This document shows, piece after piece, positions 56,164 through 64,000 of a DNA stretch of 64,000 bases (position 1 is the first letter of the stretch; the number at the start of each line of letters is the position of its first letter). The stretch is taken from assembly GCF_009914755.1 (NCBI RefSeq), contig NC_060929.1. The stretch is one strand, 5' to 3'. The DNA comes from the human T2T-CHM13v2.0 reference genome, Homo sapiens. The notes beneath the pieces were generated by a model. That model was not told where the DNA came from, searched no databases, and saw only the letters and a program-made list of their open reading frames with translations. Both the position numbers and the translations under genes were made by a program.

Positions 56164-56354
56164 CTTGGACAACAGTTCACTGCTCCACTGTCTGACCCCC
56201 TTAGGGACACTGATGATGCACTCCACGGCTTTGTTCAGGGTCTGCTGTACATCTTCCAGGGCAGGGGCCATGACGATGTTGGGAATGGCCAGAGTGACGC
56301 TTGCCCGGAAAATGGGCAAACTGTTCTGCTTCATGTTAGAGGCACTGTTACTGT
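56164..56354 (-). CDS. DNAH5: DNAH5 exon ~20 (191 nt) [20 protein letters not shown]...ELLSK
   Basis: tcag|AC acceptor, AAG|gtggg donor; phase 1->0. Confidence 0.93.
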
Positions 56355-57814
56355 CTGAGTTAACCCAAAACAAGGAAGAATTCACATTTTTAATACAAAA
56401 TAAGATTTGCTTCCTTTGTAACCATAAAAATTAAAACAATACATAATAGGTATAAAATCTAATAAATATTTGTTGAATGAATGAGTCAATTAAAACTAAT
56501 GGAGGATCTAGTATTGCTCAATATAACAAAGCAGTTCAGGGGAACCCAAGGCATTTTTTGCTGTTTACAGCTTCTTGGAATACTCTCCACAATGAAACCC
56601 ACTGTGTGGGATCAGGCTAAATTATAAACACTTCTGTAAAATATTAAAGATGATTCTTCCAAATAACAAGATGCCAACAAATTAGCTAAATGTAGCTAAG
56701 TAAGCCAGGAATGAAGAACAAGACTATCGGCATAAGCCAAAGTTAGAACAAATAACCACTTTGGAATTTCAGATAAATCATAGGCCTTTCCTACCATGGT
56801 GTGTAAAATCCAAATGTGGAGCAGTTAAAAAAATGGAAAAGAAATAAAGTGTAATTCGCCATTCATACTGAAGGAGCTTTTAAGGTTGAACATAGGTATA
56901 GGTATGTAGATACAGACATGTATGTATATGTGTCTGTGTATCATGCATAACTTTACGTAGTTGCAAATATCTGTAATAGAAAAGCTGGGAAATAATTGTG
57001 ATTGAATATTTAGCCTATCAGCCAACATTTATTAAGTTCTAATAATAACGCTGTGCCAAAGAAAAGAACTATTCTCCATCCTGAATGAAGTAAAACATAA
57101 TAAGCCATGGCACCAAACAAAAAAAAAATCTTTCAGAGTTTCCACTTTTATTTACCCACTTTTAATTAAATATTGAAGATGCTTTCCTTTAAATGTCAAT
57201 ATTCAAAATATATTTAAAAATTTTATTATCCTATTATTTCAGTTTTCATTAATTACTATTATTTGTTTTCTTTTTACCATTTTTAACTTAAAATTTAATT
57301 TCAGGATGCCTCTAGATTTGACAGATTTTTGTGGCCCACCTGAGAAATACAACACCTATTTCTGAACTGTGCCGAGGAAAAGATGATGCTATTGAAAATG
57401 AGGAAACCACCTGGAAAGTACTAAATTAGCATAAAAATAGTAAAATACATATATATCCTTTGAAGAGTGTGACACTAGTAAGATGTTTCCACTTTGTAAG
57501 ACTGGCTAACAAACCTAATGATTTAACAATGAAAGAATCGTTTCCATATAACTTCCTTTAAAGTATGTATTTTTTTCTTTCACCAATTAAAATAATTTTA
57601 TATTTTTTCATCTTATTACAAAAAGATTAAACGTACTACCAATTTTCATGTTATTAACAAAAACTTAAGCAAACTATTTAACCTCCCTGTGCTGTGCTCT
57701 AGTTCTCTGATTTAACATGAGAGTAGTAATAGTATCTACTTAATAGAATTGTTGGGATGATCAAAGTTCATAATGTTTAAAATTACGAGAAGGCACTAAA
57801 TAAACGGTGGATAT

Positions 57815-58117
57815 GGCCAAGTGCGGTGGCTCACGCCTGTAATCCCAACACTTTGGGAGGCCGGGGCGGGCGGATCACCTGAGCTCAGGAGTTCGCCACC
57901 AGCGTGCCCAACATAGTGAAACCCTGTCTCTACTAAAATACAAAAAATTAGCCAGGCGTGGCGGCGTGCGCCTATAGTCCCAGCTACTTGGGAGGCTAAG
58001 CTGGAGAATCACTTGAACCCAGGAGATGAAGGTTGCAGTGAGCTGAGATCGTGCCGCTACCCTCCAACCTGGTCGACAGGGCGAGACTCCATCTCAAAAA
58101 ATAAAAATTTAAAAAAA
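57815..58117 (+). mobile_element. Alu
   Basis: CpG-rich dimeric Alu. Confidence 0.95.
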
Positions 58118-58167
58118 GATGAATATTTTTAATTATTTAAATTTAACAGGAATGTACATGCACGTGC

Positions 58168-58196
58168 ACACGTGCACACACACACACACACACATA
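58168..58196. repeat. (CA)n microsatellite
   Basis: Directly visible. Confidence 0.85.
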
Positions 58197-58248
58197 CCCC
58201 AGCAACTATGCCTGATCATCCACTAAGCAAACCACACAAGATTATTAC

Positions 58249-58488
58249 CCCGGAAGTTAATTGTGTGAGAGGAATGAATACGTTTGCGAATGGCCTCTAG
58301 TGTATTCCTTGTAACTTTCAGAAGAGCATCCATGTTCTGATGGTTGAAATGAGAGAGTAACTCGCGGGCTTCTTCCCCTAACATCTCAGTTTCTTTCTTT
58401 TTCCTCGTGACTGTCGTCAAAAGCAGGGCATTGGCCCTGGCATTAATAGATGATGTCAAGGTGTCAAAATTTCCTTCTTCTCTTTTTG
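58249..58488 (-). CDS. DNAH5: DNAH5 exon ~19 (240 nt) [10 protein letters not shown]...HTINFR
   Basis: acag|CA acceptor, G|gtaat donor; phase 1->1; ORF 58223..58621. Confidence 0.93.
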
Positions 58489-58504
58489 CTGTTACAAGAT
58501 GAAA

Positions 58505-58572
58505 GAGATAGAGATAGAGATAAGTTAGATGGATGGATGGATAGATAGACAGATAGATAGACAGATAGATAG
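58505..58572. repeat. Compound (GATA/GATG/GACA)n tetranucleotide STR next to the exon 19 acceptor
   Basis: Directly visible. Confidence 0.9.
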
Positions 58573-59223
58573 AATCATCTGTTGCAATTAAAGGATAAAT
58601 TACATGCAAGTTTAGTATCACTTAAACATCACACTTCTTAGGAAGTGAGGACATCAAAAAGTAGGAGGAAATCAGGAACCAGAGGGACTGATGGAAGCAT
58701 CTCCTTCTCAATACAAGAAAACAGCCAACAAGAGAGGCAGGAGCTATGGCTGGAAAAGCTACACTGGCCCCCAAGGACCTGGGTTCTGGTGCTACCTCCC
58801 ACCAATAACCCTAAAACTTTGGGGGGATAATTTCCCTTCTTCACATCCACATCTCTCTGTTCTCCTCTGTCCTGCAAAAGGTGCGCTCAGTCTAGAGGCT
58901 CTCCAAGGGGAATTCCAGTCAATAATCCATCCAACTCTATTGATAAGGTAAAATAAAACACCCACCCACACATAAATGCAAAGAAAGCTAACCAGGGCCA
59001 ATGCAAAGTGCATGTTTGCAAAGTTTAACCAAAAATAGTAGGAATTAACAACATAGAGTCACTAAAATATGCTCAGGGCCATAATTTCAGATTTATACAT
59101 ATCATTAGAAAATCGAGAGGATGTTTATAGAAGTATGAAATTAATTGGTATGTAGAAAATGCAGTTTTAGTTTTTAGTAAATGTCATAGAAAAACAAGAC
59201 CCTTTCATTACCCCATCTCTTAC

Positions 59224-59389
59224 CTGAACTTTCATTTTTGTAATTAACACTATTCTCATTGGATATTTTTTCACTTTCTTCTTCAGATAAAACTTCCACA
59301 TCCAGCAACATATTTACAAGCTCATTGACTGCCTCCTCCACTAATGAGCTTTTAAAATGTAGTATTTGTGCACCATTTACACAAAGATC
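59224..59389 (-). CDS. DNAH5: DNAH5 exon ~18 (166 nt) [24 protein letters not shown]...KNESS
   Basis: poly-T tract + ggttag|GAT acceptor; CAG|gtaag donor; phase 0->1. Confidence 0.92.
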
Positions 59390-62300
59390 CTAACCAAAAA
59401 AAAAAAAAAAAGATAGCACAGTGGTATATGGTTTATCTAGCTTTTGAGAGCACAGAAACAGTGGTAGCAATGCTGTGGCTCAGCCTCCAGGTGAGATTTC
59501 AGCCCCAGTGATGCTTGGCCACATCCTTCACAATAGCACAGGCCAGGTGTCCTCTAAAGGAATGTGTTTAGGACAAGAGAACCCACTGGATCAGTGTAGA
59601 TGGACCAAAATTACAGGCACTTCTCCACCAGTAGAGAAAATATCTTCAAAAGCCATCAGCAGCCTCTCTACTCGTCACATTTCCTTCATATCACATAAAT
59701 CGGATCCAGCCACCCTTCTTTCTCTCCTTGTTTTTGCCAACAAACCATAGTCATCCCCTCATTAATTTCAAAGACACTACCCACCCTTCTAACTATATTG
59801 TGCATTTCTCAAGAATGGATTTAATAAATATAAACTAACATGATTTGAGGCATGGTGATCAATTCTGGAGGAGATTAGGTAGACAGATAGTTATAGATGG
59901 ATGATATAGACAGAATCAGTGATTTACCACCTGGTTGGAAAGTAAGCCCATGAAACAACAGACTGTCAGTTAGGCACAGTGTCCAGCTCCATTCCAAGTT
60001 CCAGCATTATACATCTTTAAACTTATACGGCTTGAAAACTAGGATTCAAATCCTTGCTCTGCATGATCCTGAAAATTCTTTTCAGTCTCAATTCCCTCAT
60101 ATGTATAATGGTGATATAGTAGAACTCACTGTAGTTTTTGCAAGTATTCCATAAAATAAATGCAAGTAAAATACTAAGAGCAGTGCCTGGCATAAAGTAA
60201 GCACACAAGAAGTGCTTGTTATTATTATTGGTTGGAAAATCACAAACATACACAGGACCTAAATATTTGCAAAGGTTAGTCAACTCATTCCATGTAAACT
60301 AACTCCTCAATTCTCTGAGAGAACACTAATATTTTTTAAAGTCTGAATCTTAAGTCCTCTGACTCTACCTTGGAGAGAAACACACATGTGGTCTCCATTT
60401 TCAGGGCCAGCTCTCACAGGGAATCCTCAATTAACTTGCAGCTCTTTCAGTCCTCTCAGTAACACAAGCACATGTTTGAGATCATAAAATTCCTTTGTAT
60501 TGAGGGTTCTAGAAGATGAGATTGATAACCTCTCAAAGACTAATATAGTTCCAACAACGTTGTTTACATCTCTTAACTCTTTCTCTCTGTGAGAAGGCAT
60601 AACCATAAAAATGTAAATAGCATAGAAATTAACAAAGCAGAATATAAACGCAATGAGGAAAAAGAAGTAATAAATAGACTCATTAAAATATCCCCCAGGA
60701 CAAATAAAATAAATGAAAGATGCTGCCTCCACTTATCCTGCTTCATTTCAACAACTAACCTCCATGATGACACCCAAAAGCTGAAACCCACCAAAAGGGC
60801 CTTTCTTTCAATCCTGAGTGGTGTCCTCCTTGAATAATCAGCATGGGGCTCCACCATTTCCTCATTCCCATGATGCTTTAGCTTTGGCAAACCAGGAACC
60901 TACTAGACGCCATGTCTTCTCAAGGTCTCTTCACCCTTACTCCCTGGTTCATGCCCTCTCCTAACACGATTTCACACTTCAACCATTGTTTTGCTAATAT
61001 CCTTTACTCCATCACTCTCTCAACCTTCCACTGCCCCACCCAGGAGACGCCCAACCCAAATGAACCAGGTGACCTACCCTCTCCACCGGCACACATAGGT
61101 CATGGTGAGGCAGATGCTTGGCACTGGGAATTCATGGTCCCCAAACTCAAACTGGCCCCTAATGCTACTCGGGAATCATTCTACATGACTATAGCCACCT
61201 CCCTCTACCAAGCTCCATAATAGCTGTGTCTTCAAATCCCTGTGTCCTCAAATCGTTACACCATCCTTCCTCATCATACTCAAAGAATGACCTTGATTTC
61301 TACAGCACAAAGCAAATGGAGGTCATGACACGGGGACTCAAACAACTCCCACTGCCCTCATGCAGAAGACAAATCGGCCTCCATCATGAGCCCCTTTTCC
61401 TCTTGTTTTGGTGAATGCAATCATTCTCCTTTTATTCGAGGTTAACTCCACAACCTGAGTTCTGAATCACAGCTTCTCTGGCTTCCTCAGAAACCAAGCC
61501 TACCCCTTTCTTCCTCTCTACTAATTTTCCACCTGAGCATATGAACACCCAATGTACTTCAACTCAACACCTTTCTCCAGCTACAACATGCTTCCACCTC
61601 AGGGCCTTTGCACATGCTATTCTCTCTGCCTGGCATGTTCTTCCACTAAAATGTTCACATAGCTTGCACTCTCACTCCCTCCCTTCAAATCTAACCGTAG
61701 AAGTCATCAGTGACCATGAACATAAAATCACAACTTTCTGTCAGGTACTCCTTTTCTCCATCATCCTTTTCATTTTTCTCCATAATTGAATTATGAATTC
61801 AAATAAACAAACTCAAGAGAAATGATTTACTAATACCTATATTGGTAATCAAAAATGCAAACTCAAATTGGGTTCCACGATTTTGCTACTTAAAGTAAAA
61901 GTAGTAAACTATAATAAAACAGTGTTTGTTGGAAGTGAAATTGGTAGTACTGCATTGCTGGTGGCATTGTAAGCTGATAATATCCTTTTGAAAAGCAATT
62001 TGGCTACCAATATCAACAGCCATCCAATAAGGCCATACTCTCTGACACAATAATTTTATTTTGGGGAGGGAATAACATTAAAGGAGAAAATACATGATAC
62101 ATGCATATATTCACTGCAGCTCTTGACAAATTAGCAAAACTTTGGAAGCCATCTAAAGGTTCAGCAATAAGAAACTGGTAAGTAAATTACAGTATATCAA
62201 CTCAACAGAATATTCTGAAGGCACCATTAAAAGGCTGCCTATGAAAGCCATGTAGCAACATGAAGAATATTTTGTGACGAAATGTTAACTGGGAGAAAAA

Positions 62301-62685
62301 AGTACTATTCAAAACCTGATATATATGGAGTAGAGATCGCCACTTTATTAAAAAGCTTAAAATGCATTAATATTATAATAATGATGGTATAATTGATTAA
62401 AAGGCTAGTTTCTTTCCATTTTTAAAATATTCTAAAACTTTCTTTTAAATTTAAATTTAAAACAAGTGTATTTTTATAAAACAATCATCAGAAAAGGGGT
62501 AAGACTAAAACCATGGAGGCAAGTGATTTTTCAGAGGAAGAGATAGTTTTTTAAATGATGAGGAAGAACAAGGGGATGGTTAGGTGTACCCACAGTTAGT
62601 GAATGTGAGGAGGAGGGACTAGAAATTTCTAACATGTAGACAGTAAGTTTTGCGTATAAAATGACTTAATATAACCTGCCATATA

Positions 62686-63184
62686 TGCAGAAAGGGGTGA
62701 ACACAGCAGGCCTGAAACTGCTCTCCTTAGAAAGTCCTGCTTGGGAGGTGGTCCCTTGGCCGGCGTCTGGAAGCTTGGATTTTAGGAGGGTTCCCCCTGT
62801 TGCCCTGCTGATAAAGATAGTTTGCTGTGCCTAAACTGCTTGTGCAAACAATGTAGTTTATGCTGAACACCTGATTCCTTCTGGGAGTCTGGAATTCTGG
62901 TCCATGCTAAGCAGAGTGTGTGACCAGACCCACTAAGAACCTTGGGCCCTGAGTCTCTAATAGGTTTCCCTGGGCAGAAACATTGCACAGAGGGGACAGT
63001 GAGCTCCGGGCAAGCCTCACAGGAGGGAGACAGCATGAAAAAGCCTGGACAGGGACTCCCCAGACACCACCTGTCTTTGTTCCTTATGATCCGGCTGCAT
63101 CTCTTAACTATGTCAGGGCAGTGCAACTACATGCTGAGTTCCGTGAGTCCTCCTAGTGGGGGTGGTCTTGGAGACCCCGGCACA
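62686..63184 (+). mobile_element. MER21-like LTR
   Basis: TGCAGAAAGGGG...cagcaggcctgaaactgctctccttagaaag...gggggtggtcttgg...CACA. Confidence 0.65.
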
Positions 63185-63381
63185 TCATATTAAAATCATG
63201 ATCAAGGAGTCCTTATCCTCAAGATGCCCACTGGGAATATTGTAAATGATGCTAACGTGACATGCCTGAAGGGGCACTTCATGGAGCACTGCTCCCAGGA
63301 GCTTACTCCTGGCACAGGGAAGAAAGTATCCCATTTGCAAATGTGTTGGAGAAATAATGAGCTACGAAAAGTTAAATGAAG

Positions 63382-63677
63382 GGCCGGGCGCAGTGGCTCA
63401 CGCCTGTAATCCCAGTACTTTGGGAGGCCGAGGCAGGCAGGTTGCCTGAGCTCAGGAGTTAGAGACCAGCCTGGGCAACACGATGAAACCCCATCTCTAC
63501 TAAAATACAAAAAATTAGGCAGGCGTGGCAGCGTGTGCCTGTAGTCCCAGCTACTCGGGAAGCTGAGGCAGGAGAATTGCTTCAACCGGGGAGTCAGAGG
63601 TTGTAGTGAGCTGAGATCGCATCACTGCACTCCAGCCTGGGCAACAGAGCAAGACTCCATCTCAAAAAAAAAAAAAA
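63382..63677 (+). mobile_element. Alu
   Basis: TSD-like gttaaatgaag/gttaaatggag. Confidence 0.95.
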
Positions 63678-64000
63678 GGTTAAATGGAGATCTTCTGAGG
63701 GCCTTTATCTTAACATGTTAAAGTGTAGCGGATCTGTAAGCACAGTCTTTACCCTAAGCAGTTTGCACTCACTCCCTGCCTCTCTCAGGATTCCCAGCAA
63801 TGGCTCCAGAATTGTGTGCTATAGAACACCAGTTTGGGAAACCCCCCCTCAACAAAAATGTTTAAAGAAGAAATTTTGTCTAGAAGCTGTTCAAAACAAT
63901 TGTTTCGTTAATTAACCCTAGCTTATGAGAAGCACTTCTGCAAGATAGCTCTATCCTTCATTAAAAAATGGAAAAATTCCAAGTGTGTTCTATGGCAATT

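Noticed and set aside
59390-64000. Search for another DNAH5 exon upstream of exon 18
   Set aside because: Only MIR/L2/L1M-like, LTR and Alu sequence is visible, with no dynein-like frame bounded by splice sites; the next exon likely lies outside the window.

Overview
Primate (human-like) genomic DNA, not prokaryotic. The minus strand carries 21 consecutive, in-phase GT-AG coding exons of the axonemal outer-arm dynein heavy chain gene DNAH5 (3867 nt, 1289 codons). By my recollection of the cDNA numbering these are exons 18-38, about aa 860-2148, covering tail, linker and AAA1 with Walker A GPAGTGKT and Walker B CFDEFNR. Introns contain typical primate repeats: Alu, a near full-length L1PA, an older L1M, THE1/MLT1/ERV1 LTRs, MER1A, MER8 and L2. 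The most notable finding is on the opposite (+) strand inside DNAH5 intron 31 (about 19.0-20.9 kb): three CpG-retaining, non-repetitive segments with phase-compatible splice sites. They join into a ~142-aa protein that looks like a secreted precursor (hydrophobic leader, Cys pair, RQRR furin site, basic tract). Its first donor is G|ATATGT rather than G|GTATGT, so it is a candidate nested gene or unitary pseudogene that I cannot name. Other oddities are an unidentified retrotransposed 3'UTR inside the L1, a poly(A)-only retro-insertion, and several templated-insertion or fold-back scars. Repeat subfamily names and exon numbers come from memory of consensus sequences and need confirmation.
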